Below are positions 35,757-45,158 of a stretch of DNA of 64,000 nucleotides, one piece after another. The position numbers were made by a program, and so were the translations under genes. The notes beneath the pieces were generated by a model. It was not told the origin of the DNA and made no database searches. It saw only the letters and a list, made by a program, of their open reading frames with translations. Position 1 is the first letter of the stretch, and each line of letters begins with the position of its first letter. Source of the DNA: Candidatus Aenigmatarchaeota archaeon (GTDB lineage Archaea > Aenigmatarchaeota > Aenigmatarchaeia > GW2011-AR5); NCBI GenBank assembly GCA_016187335.1, contig JACPJW010000001.1:671159-735158 (forward strand). The letters run 5' to 3'.

Positions 35757-36014
35757 TTAGCTGAAAGCCGCGACGGAAACGGGAAACGGCTTCCCCAGTT
35801 TCGTGCCCAGGTCCTTGCTGTCGCCTTCAAAAATTTCAACAATAACCTTGCCCGAATCGTTCACCTTGTCAACAAGCGTTTTTGGGCAGTTTGAAGCGGC
35901 TATTACCTTTTTCGCCTTTCCCGCTTTTATACTTTTCACTACCTCGCGTATGCCTATGACGGCTTTGCCCGGAGGCAGCTTTGATGTTGTCGGAATATTT
36001 TGCATGGTCATCAT
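35757..36014 (-). CDS. rpl30e: 50S ribosomal protein L30e
   Basis: L7Ae/L30e-like KAVIGIREVVKSIKAGKAKKVIAASNCP; conserved position after rpoA2. Confidence 0.75.
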   Translation of the reverse strand: MMTMQNIPTTSKLPPGKAVIGIREVVKSIKAGKAKKVIAASNCPKTLVDKVNDSGKVIVEIFEGDSKDLGTKLGKPFPVSVAAFS

Positions 36015-36075
36015 CTTTATTGAATGCTTAATATTTTTCTTTCCGCAGGCGCTTTCTTTTCCAAAAAGAAAGGGC

Positions 36076-38553
36076 CTATTTTTTCTTCTTCATCTTTGAC
36101 AAATCCATCGTGAGCTCGACCATGCCCGTGCCGATGGGTGCCAGCTGCCCTACCAGCACGTTCTCGATTATCCCGTCCATGGTGTCCTTCTCGCCGTAGA
36201 ACGACGCGTTTATCAGGTGCCTTTTTGTTTCCTCAAAGTTCGCCCGCGCCAGGACGGACGCCTTTTTGCCGGATACGCCGTATCGCCCGATGTCCCTGAC
36301 CTCCCCGGTGAATGTCATGATGTCAGCAAGAAGCATCAGATGCCTTACATCAACCTCAAGGCCCTGCTCGTCTAAGGTTTCCTTGGCTTCCTGCAAAATA
36401 ACATTTCTCGTGGCTTCTATGCCGAGTATCTCGAAAATCTGGTGCACGTCGTTCGTCCTTGTCCTTTTTGCGTCAACTTCGTTTATCTGCAGGACCTTTT
36501 TCAGGTTAGTCCCTGCGGTCTGTATGACCCAGTCGTCGCCCTCGCGCACCACGACGACATTCTCTATCCCCTTGATGCCGTCAATGTGCATCTTCAGGAC
36601 CTTGTTTTTTATTTTTCTGAGGTTCTTGACGTCGCTTTCCTTCGGCTTTATGTAGACATTCCCGCCCCTGAAGGAAATGGCCGCCTCTTTGACGTATTTG
36701 GAGACCATTGATTTGAGCTGCTCTTTGTGCTTTTCGCCCTCAAGCTCCAGCTCAATCTGCATGTCAATAAGGTCTATGGAATCGGAAAGTATCACATCTT
36801 GCACTTTTACGGATTTCATCCTGTTCGCAATTTCCTTTGCCTTTTCCTTGCTGTTGTATTCTTCTTTCAGGTAAATGATCATGTTCTTCTCAAAAGTCTT
36901 GCGGGCGTCAAAAATCTCTATGAGCCTCGGCAGGCCCTGCGTGACCTTGCTCAGCCTGTCTGACTGCGAAGCCAGCGTATAGGAACGCATTGTGTTGTGT
37001 GTAATAATGCCTTCAAATGTCGTGAATGTTTCCGTGCCTTCAACCGTCAGATCGTAGACATATCCAGAAGAAGGCAAAACTTCTGTTATTTCAGTTATCT
37101 CATCCCAAACGACATCAGATGCATGCATCTTTCTGAGTATCGAAAGCTCTTCAGTCACATCAATGTGATTTTTCTTTGCAATCTCGTTGAATAATACAAT
37201 ATATCTAAGTAGGGCTTCTTTTCCAATTTTCTGCCTTTTTGTGAAGCTGTTTACATACCTGCTTGGATAACTCAGTTTCTTCGCAAGCTTTGGAAGCAGA
37301 TCGTCGAAGCCGCCTACAAGCTCGACAAAATCTTGCTTGATGGGTTTGCTAGCACACAGTACTCCAAGATTCTCGGCCTTTTTGGCGGAACTAAACCCGA
37401 TTTTTTGCCGGAATACAGATGCGTATTTTGCGGGTATTGTTAGTGTATATTGCTTGCCTCTTCCTTTGTAAGAGAATATGCCAAATCTCGCTAAGAGTAG
37501 TGAGATGCCGTCTATAAGCTCTTTTGAATTTGAAGAAGCCCTTATTACGCCTCTCTCGACAGATACATTCCCATCGCCGTCGAAATAAGCCTGCAAAAGC
37601 GCCGATACGAATTTCTCATCAGCACTGTACGCAAAATCAGGGACTCTCTTGTTCCTTGATCCACTACCGCATGTTTTTGCAAGTAGGGCGGAAAGAATAG
37701 CGGAATTTACATGAATATCATGGCCGTTTGCAAATCCTCTTGTGTTGTCATATTCATTATAGGTCAGGCCGAATGAAGAGGCAAATTGTCTTATTCTCCC
37801 GAGGAAAATTTCATTTGTGCTTGATATGCATACAAAATTCGGAGTGCAGTTTCCTTCGGAGAGATAAGCGCCGAAAATATATCCCGTAACCTCATTCAGC
37901 GGAAAGATTTCCGGCAAAGGCTTTTTGGCACGTGAAAAATGGGTTTCTGCAATCGATTTTAGGTTAATAGAATCTATGCAGTTTTCAGGAAGCAGCTTGA
38001 TTACCGGTATTCTCTCGCCTTTTCTCAGGTCTTTTCCGGAAACAGCAACTATCTTGTTATGCTTTCTTATAACAAATGAATGAGAATCTGTGGCTATTAT
38101 CTCGCGCCCTGACAGTGTTCTTATTCTCAGCAGCCTTTCCGGTGATTTGTGTCTGCTGCATGCAAGAACCTTTTTCCATTCGATTTTCTCCCCCTGATTT
38201 ATGCTGGGAACGTATATTTCCATGCCCGAAAGATCGCATATATCCCAGCCATTCTCGTTCATAGAACCCAGATTTTCTATTGATTCATCGGTAAAGCGGC
38301 TAATTTCAGAAATGGCAACCCGGTCTTTATGCTTGATAATTATTTTTTCCTTGGCGTCAATGCTCATCTGCGTCGCCGGTTCGCTGATTGATTGCGCTGC
38401 AACGACGCCTATTGCCTCGCCGGGTTCGTAAAGGTATTTCACGATAAGATGATTTAATTTTTCCAGCAGTTCTTCTTTTTTCTTCCCTTCAATCCCGTGC
38501 TTCCTGCAGTATTCCTCGAATTTCAGCAACACTTCCTTTGAAAGATAAGCCAT
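36076..38553 (-). CDS. rpoA2: DNA-directed RNA polymerase subunit A'' interrupted by an intein
   Basis: The exteins give AAQSISEPATQM | TMRSYTLAS... plus the conserved C-terminal A'' sequence. 825 aa compared with about 370-390 aa expected. Confidence 0.9.
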   Translation of the reverse strand: MAYLSKEVLLKFEEYCRKHGIEGKKKEELLEKLNHLIVKYLYEPGEAIGVVAAQSISEPATQMSIDAKEKIIIKHKDRVAISEISRFTDESIENLGSMNENGWDICDLSGMEIYVPSINQGEKIEWKKVLACSRHKSPERLLRIRTLSGREIIATDSHSFVIRKHNKIVAVSGKDLRKGERIPVIKLLPENCIDSINLKSIAETHFSRAKKPLPEIFPLNEVTGYIFGAYLSEGNCTPNFVCISSTNEIFLGRIRQFASSFGLTYNEYDNTRGFANGHDIHVNSAILSALLAKTCGSGSRNKRVPDFAYSADEKFVSALLQAYFDGDGNVSVERGVIRASSNSKELIDGISLLLARFGIFSYKGRGKQYTLTIPAKYASVFRQKIGFSSAKKAENLGVLCASKPIKQDFVELVGGFDDLLPKLAKKLSYPSRYVNSFTKRQKIGKEALLRYIVLFNEIAKKNHIDVTEELSILRKMHASDVVWDEITEITEVLPSSGYVYDLTVEGTETFTTFEGIITHNTMRSYTLASQSDRLSKVTQGLPRLIEIFDARKTFEKNMIIYLKEEYNSKEKAKEIANRMKSVKVQDVILSDSIDLIDMQIELELEGEKHKEQLKSMVSKYVKEAAISFRGGNVYIKPKESDVKNLRKIKNKVLKMHIDGIKGIENVVVVREGDDWVIQTAGTNLKKVLQINEVDAKRTRTNDVHQIFEILGIEATRNVILQEAKETLDEQGLEVDVRHLMLLADIMTFTGEVRDIGRYGVSGKKASVLARANFEETKRHLINASFYGEKDTMDGIIENVLVGQLAPIGTGMVELTMDLSKMKKKK
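36994..38364 (-). mobile_element. Intein (457 aa) with a LAGLIDADG homing-endonuclease domain inside RpoA''
   Basis: Ser1 (SIDAKEK), block B TDSH, LAGLIDADG motifs GYIFGAYLSEGN and LLQAYFDGDGNV, C-terminal VYDLTVE...GIITHN followed by Thr+1. Confidence 0.8.
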
Positions 38554-38598
38554 TTTTAATCACCATCATCAGGGCTGAACTTTATTTTTAACATTGTT

Positions 38599-41079
38599 TT
38601 ATTTCACGCCGTGGAAAAGCTTTTCAATGTCAACCTTGCCCGCGTCGCTTTTGGCGGGGTCAACCATGTCCTCGCCCGCGACAAACTGTATGATAAAGTT
38701 CTTGCTGTCGCGCACGGTGCCGTCGTATTCCACTCTCAGGTCCTGCAGCGCGTTGACCAGGCGGCGCTCCATGTACCCGGAGTGCCTTGTGTGCAGCGAC
38801 TTGTCCATCAGGTTCTCCCTGCTGTTCATGGCGTCAAAGAAAAACTCCACGGGGTCAAGACCTTTCTTATAGCCGCTCGAAACGAAGCCGTGGGATTTCG
38901 CGCCAAGGTCGCCTCTTTCAAACAGCGACAATGTCCTTCCCACGAAGCCCCTGTGTATCCTCTCGCCTTCCAGGGCCTCCTGCCCGACAAACGCGCACAT
39001 CTGCGTAAGGTTGACAAAGGAGCCTCTCGCGCCTGTTATAGCCATTATGACCGCTGTCGTCAGAGGCAGGTCTTTCTTGACGGTTTCTGACGCGCTGTTT
39101 GACGCGAGGCCGCCTAATTGCAGTATTTTGTTTTCCAGGGTCATCTCCGGCGTCAGTCCCCCTGTCTTTTCAAGGCGGCCTGCTTTGTAGTCCCTGACCA
39201 GCCTCGAAATGCTTTCGTTGTACTCATCAATTACTTTTTCAATATTGTTTTTCGCGCGCGTTGAAATGTCTATGTCGCCGACGGATATGCTGAATCCTTT
39301 CCTTGTGATGACTTCCAGGGCGAGCTTGGAAACCCTGTCGATGAATTCCCTCGCTGCGGAGTGGCCGTATATCCTTTCTATTATGTCGATGAGCTTTGCT
39401 TTTTTCTCTCCCAGCGCGTCGTCATCAATGACGCCCCTGAGAAGCCGCCCGTTCTTTATCACGACAGCTTCACCTGTGGACGACTTGAATTCAATGCTCA
39501 GGTCTTTCGGCAATAAGTAAGAAAAAATCTCCTTTCCCGTGTAGGTATCCTTGACCTCAGGGAGCTCCATCCCTATAGACATCAGCAGCTCCGCGGCTTC
39601 TTTTCGGCTGAGCTTTGTCTCGTCCCTTGTAAGCAGATAAGAGCCGGTTATGTGGTCGTGCTTGCACGCAACTATGGGCAGCCCGTATCGCGGCGAGCGG
39701 ATGTGGTTTTCCACGGCCATCAGCATCTCCGCTTCCGTCTGCGCTTCCTCTGTCTGCGGAACGTGCAGGTTCATTTCGTCGCCGTCAAAGTCCGCGTTGT
39801 ATGGTATCGTCACCGCGAGGTTCAGCCTGAAAGTCCTGTAAGGCATGATGCGCGCGCGGTGGCCCATCATGCTCATGCGATGCAGCGACGGCTGCCTGTT
39901 CATGACCGTTATGTCGTTGTCCTGCAGATGGCGCTCCACGACGTAGCCGGTATCAATCTCTTCCGCTACGTCTTTTTTGTTTTCCTCTGTTATTTTTTTT
40001 CTTATCCCGTCCGGCCTCACGACATAATTCGCGCCCGGATGCACGCCCGGCCCGTTAAGTATGTATTTCTTGACGGCATCAAGGCTGTTTTTCGTCACCT
40101 TCACGGGAACGGTAAGCTCTTTCGCGATTTCCATGGGTATTCCCACTTCGCTTATTGAAATATTGGGGTCCGGCGTGACAACGGTTCTCGCGGAAAAATT
40201 AACACGCTTTCCGGAAAGGTTTCCGCGGAACCTCCCCTCTTTTTTGCTCAGCCTCTGCATCAGCGTTTTCAGCGCCCTGCCTGACCTGTGGCGCGCCGGC
40301 GGCAGCGTTGAAATCTCGTTGCTCATGAACGTTGAGATGTGGTATTGCAGTAATTCCCAGATGTCGGCGATGATAAAATCAGGCGCGCCGATTTCCAGAT
40401 TTTTCTTCAGTCTTTCGTTTATCCTTACGACGTCAACCAGCTTGTGCGTCAAGTCATCTTCCGAGCGTTCGCCTGTTTCCAGGGTGATTGAAGGGCGCAC
40501 GGTCACGGGAGGCACGGGCAGTATGGTAAGGACAAACCATTCAGGCCTTCCGCCTTTCACCCTGAGCAGCTGTAAATCTTCATCAGTGATTTTTTCCAGC
40601 CGCTGCCTTATTTCCTCGGGATTCATCTCTGTGCTGCCTTCGTTGAATGTGGTCGGCTTCTGGAACGTCAGCTCCCTTTGCTTTTCGCCGCAGTGTATGC
40701 ACATCTTCGGCTTCTTCTTGTACAGTTCGTTGAGCGGGTTGCCCATCTTCTTCAGGTCTTCCAGCTTCGCCAGCGGACGCGAGCATTTCCTGCATATCGA
40801 GCGCAGCACCATAAAAATCTTTTTTCCGTACAGCGGGTGTATTGCCGGCTTCGTCAACTCAAGGTAGCCGAAATGCCCCAGGCATTGCCCTATGGAGCCG
40901 CCGCACGTCCTGCACCGCAGGCCGGGGTCGACAACGCCGAGGTGCAGGTCAGTCAGCCCGCCGTCTATCGGGTAGCCGTCAGGATCGTAAAGCTCCGCGT
41001 GCTCAATCTTCACCGCCGACATTTCCTTAATCATGCGCGGCGACAGGAATCCGAACTCGATTGCTTTTACTTTTGCCAT
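38599..41079 (-). CDS. rpoA1: DNA-directed RNA polymerase subunit A'
   Basis: Zinc motif CRTCGG...CLGHFG; catalytic YNADFDGDEMN. Confidence 0.95.
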   Translation of the reverse strand: MAKVKAIEFGFLSPRMIKEMSAVKIEHAELYDPDGYPIDGGLTDLHLGVVDPGLRCRTCGGSIGQCLGHFGYLELTKPAIHPLYGKKIFMVLRSICRKCSRPLAKLEDLKKMGNPLNELYKKKPKMCIHCGEKQRELTFQKPTTFNEGSTEMNPEEIRQRLEKITDEDLQLLRVKGGRPEWFVLTILPVPPVTVRPSITLETGERSEDDLTHKLVDVVRINERLKKNLEIGAPDFIIADIWELLQYHISTFMSNEISTLPPARHRSGRALKTLMQRLSKKEGRFRGNLSGKRVNFSARTVVTPDPNISISEVGIPMEIAKELTVPVKVTKNSLDAVKKYILNGPGVHPGANYVVRPDGIRKKITEENKKDVAEEIDTGYVVERHLQDNDITVMNRQPSLHRMSMMGHRARIMPYRTFRLNLAVTIPYNADFDGDEMNLHVPQTEEAQTEAEMLMAVENHIRSPRYGLPIVACKHDHITGSYLLTRDETKLSRKEAAELLMSIGMELPEVKDTYTGKEIFSYLLPKDLSIEFKSSTGEAVVIKNGRLLRGVIDDDALGEKKAKLIDIIERIYGHSAAREFIDRVSKLALEVITRKGFSISVGDIDISTRAKNNIEKVIDEYNESISRLVRDYKAGRLEKTGGLTPEMTLENKILQLGGLASNSASETVKKDLPLTTAVIMAITGARGSFVNLTQMCAFVGQEALEGERIHRGFVGRTLSLFERGDLGAKSHGFVSSGYKKGLDPVEFFFDAMNSRENLMDKSLHTRHSGYMERRLVNALQDLRVEYDGTVRDSKNFIIQFVAGEDMVDPAKSDAGKVDIEKLFHGVK

Positions 41080-41080
41080 G

Positions 41081-41404
41081 TCAATCCCTCATCTTAATGC
41101 CGGTTTCTTTTCCAAGAAATCTTCTCTCTTCTGCTGTCAGATCCATTCTTGTCATTCCTGTTCTTTCCACCAGTCTTTCTATTTCTGCTTCGGCGTATTC
41201 CAAAAGAGGCCCGGTAGCAATTACAGCAAGCTGTTCTTTGTCTCTTTGAATCAGGGACACGCTGTACCTTTCTGCAATCAGCTGCGCAAAATATCTTCCC
41301 GCGTCAGGGTGTTCCACCAGTCTGATACCTGCTATTCCCTGGGCAAATCTCCTGACTCCTTCCGGAATTTCTTCATTCCAATGATAAATGTCAGCATTGA
41401 ACAT
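41081..41404 (-). CDS. 107-aa orphan protein inserted between rpoB and rpoA1
   Basis: Its ATG lies 2 nt after the rpoB stop, with GGAGG inside the last rpoB codons. Its TGA lies 1 nt before the rpoA1 ATG, and its last codons (ATGAGGGAT) supply the rpoA1 SD. Confidence 0.55.
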   Translation of the reverse strand: MFNADIYHWNEEIPEGVRRFAQGIAGIRLVEHPDAGRYFAQLIAERYSVSLIQRDKEQLAVIATGPLLEYAEAEIERLVERTGMTRMDLTAEERRFLGKETGIKMRD

Positions 41405-41406
41405 GC

Positions 41407-44400
41407 TTATTCCTCCGCGATTATCTTCGGGTATATTCCCAGGGACTTCAGCTCGTCCAGCATCAGTTTGAACGCGTAGCTGATGTCAATGTCAATGATT
41501 TTTGATTTCTTGCATACGCCGCAGTATTTTTTGCCCTTGACGCGGTCTTCCACGGCGATCAGGCCGCAGCGCTCGCATACGGGCACGCTGTATTTGTCGC
41601 TGCTGAAGCGCTCTTTGAGCAGGAGGGCGCTGCCATGAGCGATTAAGCAGTCCTTTTCCATTTCCCCCAGGCGCAAGCCGCCCTGCTTCGCCCTTCCGGC
41701 AGTAGGCTGCTTGGTCAGCAGCGTTACAGGCCCGCGGGCTCTGGACTGTATCTTGTTCGCAACCATATGATGCAGCTTCTGGTAATAGCACGGCCCTACA
41801 AGTATGCGCGCCTCGAGCACGCGCCCTGTCACGCCGTCGTACATTATTTCCTTGCCGTCGTCGCGGAACCCGAGCTTTTCCAGTGTCTGTCTCAGGCTTT
41901 CTTCCGTGACGTCGTTGAAGGCGGAGCCGTCCACGGGCATGCCTGATAATGCCGAGACTTTCGAGGCGATGATTTCAAGCATCTGGCCTATTGTCATCCT
42001 GCTCGGTATCGCGTGCGGGTTGACTATTATGTCAGGCGTGATGCCGCCCGTTGTGAATGGCATGTTTTCTTCAGGCACGATCAGGGATATGACTCCTTTC
42101 TGGCCGTGGCGCGACGCGAACTTGTCGCCAAGTTCCGGCACCCTTTCGCTTCTGACGTTCACTTTCACTAGTTTGTTTCCTGCCGACGTTTCCGAGAGGA
42201 ATACGCCGTCAACAATGCCGTCCTCGCCGTGCCTTATCGTTTCCGATGTTTCCCTGCGGTTCTCTGTCTCGGCCATAAAGCTTTCCACGGGCCCGATGAA
42301 GCGGAGCGGCGACACCTTGCCGACAAGAACATCTCCGGAAATGACAGAAATTTCCCTGTTCACTATCCCGTCCTTGTCGAGGTTTGCGTAAGCTTCCTCG
42401 GTGCGGTAGCCGTTGACGGCCTTGTCCGGTATTTTTATCTCGTCCTTTTCAATGCCCCAGTATTTCTTTTCTTCCGTTGAGTACGCCCTGAAGAAGAACG
42501 AGCGGCCGAAGCCCCTGTCGAGCGAAGCCTTGTTGAATACCAGGCCGTCCTCCATGTTGTACCCCTTGTAGCTCATGATGGCAAGGACGATGTTCTGGCC
42601 CTGCGGGTGCTCTTCCAGTCCGATTTCTTTGCCGACGACCGTGTTCACCAAAGGCATCTGCGTGTAAACAAGGACGTCCGCCTTCGTTTCTGTTCTTATT
42701 GAAAAGTTTGTCGTGTAAATGCCCAGCGCCTGGCCGGACATCTTCGCGCCGAAGTTGACGCGGTCCCCCCTGTTCCTCGTAGGGAACGGGACAAGCGATG
42801 CCGACAAGCCTAAAATCACGCCCGGGTGCACTTCCAGGTGCGTGTGGTCTTTTGACAGGTTATCCGCAGTCAGCGCAACAAGCATGCTGTCTTCTTCCTG
42901 GGCGTCTAGATATTCCACGATGCCTTCCTTCAGCAGCTCGCCCCACGCCATCTCGCCATTTACCAGCTTTTCCAGGTGCTTTTCAGTCAGCCTTGCTTTC
43001 CCGTTTTCAACAATAATCATCGGCCTTTGCAGCCTTCCTGAATCCGTGTTCACGAAAACCTCCTGGAAATCCTCCTCAACGGCAACATTGATGTAGCGGC
43101 TTATCGCGCCGTTTCTTCTCTTCTGCTTTATTTTTTCTGCGAATTCCCTGGGCTTGTCCGTCGTGCCTATGATATTCCCGTTAAGGAAAATAGTGTACCC
43201 GCCGCTCTCCTTTGACGCCGTTTGCGCGATGAGCTCGTTGTCCTTTCGCGGCGCTGTATCGGAGATGACGGCAAAGGTGGCTAAATACTTGCGGAGGCCT
43301 ATGTTGACGCCTTCGGGAGTTTCCTCGGCGCACAGCCTTCCCCAGTGCGTTGCGTGCAATGCCCTCGCTTCAAAGTGCTCCTGTGAGGACGACAAAGGCG
43401 ATATGACGTTTCTCAGGTGGGCTATTGTTCTCACGTAATTTGTCCTTTCCAGCCGCTGGCAGACGCCCGTCCTGCCGCCGATCCACTGGCCCGTCGCCAT
43501 GTGCGAAATAATCCTTTTTGTCAGGTAATCCGACTCCACTATGGATTTTATTGAAGGCAGCTTTCCGCGCTTCACCAGTTTCTGGTAAGAATAAACTATC
43601 CTTGAAACCAGGCCGTACTTGCCGAGGAGGATTGAGCGGAAAAGTATTTCCATGAAATCCCCGACGAGGCGCAGGCGCTTGTTTGAATAATGGTCAATGT
43701 CCTGCTCCTTCGCTTTTTTCAGGCCCAGGCGCAAAAGCTTTCGGACAACCTTGCAGAGGTAAACTGCCTTTTCTTTTCTTGCCTTCTTGTCCTGGCCGAT
43801 GTGGGGAAGCAGGTATTTGTCCAGGATGTCGTTCACGCGCTTGTCGCGGTATTCCTGCTGAGGTATCTTCAGCTTCTTCCCTAAATGGTCCTTCGCTTCC
43901 TCGACGCTCTTGACGTCGTATTCATACAGGTTGAAGTAAATTTCCTGGACCTCGTCCTTTTCACCGGTTATGGCCTCGATTATCTCTTTGTCCGTCTCCA
44001 TTCCCAGAGCGCGAAGGAGCACTACTACAGGCAGTTTTTTCAGGTTGGCAAAGGAAATTGTTATGATGCCCCCTTTCCTTTCCAGGAGATGCCTCTGGAC
44101 GAAGCCGGACGACTCGCTGTTGATGCGGGCGGTTTCGTTCTCCCCCTTTGTCTCGATGACGGGCCTGTTCGACAGGACTTCTTCCACCATCACGATTACG
44201 CGCTCGGTTCCGTTGATAATGAAATAGCCGCCCGGGTCGTTAGGGTCTTCGCCCTCTTCAGCCAGCTGCTCTTCGGTGAGCCCTTCAAGCCAGCACAGCT
44301 TTGATTTCAGCATTATGGGCAGATCCCCGAGTTTTACTTCCTGCGGCTCCTGCTCAACGCCGTTTATTATAGGTATTATTTCAACATGTATCGGCGCGGA

Positions 44401-44676
44401 ATAAGTAAGGTCCCTGATGCGCGCCTCCAGCGGCGTTATCCTCCTTACGGCGCCGTCCGCTTCCTTCAGGACAGGCTTGGGTATTTTCACCTTCCCGAGC
44501 TTTATCTTGAATTCCGCAAGCTCCGGCGTTTCCAGCTCGATTTCCCCTATCTCGTCAATTATCTTCTGTATCCTGAAGTCGATGAACTCGTTGAAAGACT
44601 CGACCTGATGGTTGACAAAGCCCACTGATTTTTTGTAAGAAGAAAGCAGCGTTCCGTACGTTTTCATCTTGTCCAT
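41407..44676 (-). CDS. rpoB: DNA-directed RNA polymerase subunit B (unsplit)
   Basis: 1089 aa; GDKFASRHGQKG, C-terminal zinc ribbon CERCG...CGVC. Confidence 0.95.
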   Translation of the reverse strand: MDKMKTYGTLLSSYKKSVGFVNHQVESFNEFIDFRIQKIIDEIGEIELETPELAEFKIKLGKVKIPKPVLKEADGAVRRITPLEARIRDLTYSAPIHVEIIPIINGVEQEPQEVKLGDLPIMLKSKLCWLEGLTEEQLAEEGEDPNDPGGYFIINGTERVIVMVEEVLSNRPVIETKGENETARINSESSGFVQRHLLERKGGIITISFANLKKLPVVVLLRALGMETDKEIIEAITGEKDEVQEIYFNLYEYDVKSVEEAKDHLGKKLKIPQQEYRDKRVNDILDKYLLPHIGQDKKARKEKAVYLCKVVRKLLRLGLKKAKEQDIDHYSNKRLRLVGDFMEILFRSILLGKYGLVSRIVYSYQKLVKRGKLPSIKSIVESDYLTKRIISHMATGQWIGGRTGVCQRLERTNYVRTIAHLRNVISPLSSSQEHFEARALHATHWGRLCAEETPEGVNIGLRKYLATFAVISDTAPRKDNELIAQTASKESGGYTIFLNGNIIGTTDKPREFAEKIKQKRRNGAISRYINVAVEEDFQEVFVNTDSGRLQRPMIIVENGKARLTEKHLEKLVNGEMAWGELLKEGIVEYLDAQEEDSMLVALTADNLSKDHTHLEVHPGVILGLSASLVPFPTRNRGDRVNFGAKMSGQALGIYTTNFSIRTETKADVLVYTQMPLVNTVVGKEIGLEEHPQGQNIVLAIMSYKGYNMEDGLVFNKASLDRGFGRSFFFRAYSTEEKKYWGIEKDEIKIPDKAVNGYRTEEAYANLDKDGIVNREISVISGDVLVGKVSPLRFIGPVESFMAETENRRETSETIRHGEDGIVDGVFLSETSAGNKLVKVNVRSERVPELGDKFASRHGQKGVISLIVPEENMPFTTGGITPDIIVNPHAIPSRMTIGQMLEIIASKVSALSGMPVDGSAFNDVTEESLRQTLEKLGFRDDGKEIMYDGVTGRVLEARILVGPCYYQKLHHMVANKIQSRARGPVTLLTKQPTAGRAKQGGLRLGEMEKDCLIAHGSALLLKERFSSDKYSVPVCERCGLIAVEDRVKGKKYCGVCKKSKIIDIDISYAFKLMLDELKSLGIYPKIIAEE

Positions 44677-44718
44677 GGTTCACACCTTTTTCGTCAAAGC
44701 AGGAATGGAAATCCCGCT

Positions 44719-44979
44719 TCAAATGACAACCCTGTAGTAAAAATATTCTAATGCGACCGGGGATTTCCTGGTTATGCGCAGCACGTCGCCTTTTTTGGCG
44801 CCAAGCAGCTTCACTACCGGGTCTTCCTCGCGTATTTTCGGCAGCTGCCCCGAAGAAACATTCAGCCTTTCCAGCAGCTCCGCTTTCTCCTCGCCGCTCA
44901 TGATTTCGTGCTTAGGCACTAGGTCGCTCTGGAATATGTCTATCTTCTCTTCCTGCACTGCCTTTTCTTTTTCTGCCAC
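44719..44979 (-). CDS. rpoH: DNA-directed RNA polymerase subunit H
   Basis: LVPKHEIMSGEEKAELLERL...LPKI...DPV is the RpoH/Rpb5 C-terminal signature. GTG start with AGGTGA upstream. Confidence 0.85.
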   Translation of the reverse strand: MAEKEKAVQEEKIDIFQSDLVPKHEIMSGEEKAELLERLNVSSGQLPKIREEDPVVKLLGAKKGDVLRITRKSPVALEYFYYRVVI

Positions 44980-45158
44980 AAAATCACCTAAGAGGAGAAG
45001 AAACCTACGGTTTCCCTGCGGAGAACTTGAAAAGTTCTCCGAGGTCTCGAAAAGCTTTCGCTTTTCGCAGATCTCCCTCTACCCTCATTTCCCTTATTAT
45101 TTTTAAGACCTCTGAGAAGGTCTTCCGTTTTGGTGAAACTTTTCTGAAAAGTTTCTAG
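44980..45158 (-). promoter_or_regulatory. Structured hairpin-rich spacer between tRNA-Lys and rpoH (putative leader of the RNAP operon)
   Basis: Four perfect 7-9 bp hairpins at 45020-45040, 45048-45067, 45105-45124 and 45135-45155. Shares exact 10-12-mers (AGGAGAAGAAAC, CCTCATTTCC on the plus strand) with the tRNA-Lys anticodon-loop intron. Confidence 0.45.

Noticed and set aside
40061-40867. 268-aa plus-strand ORF, and other long ORFs, antisense to rpoA1, rpoB, rpoA2, infB and eif2g
   Set aside because: These are shadow ORFs opposite strongly supported conserved genes. Their Ser/Leu/Phe-rich translations have no recognisable domains.
41407-44676. Possibility that rpoB is split (B'/B'') or contains an intein, like rpoA2
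   Set aside because: It is a single uninterrupted 1089-aa ORF of normal length with contiguous conserved motifs. No extra insert was detected.
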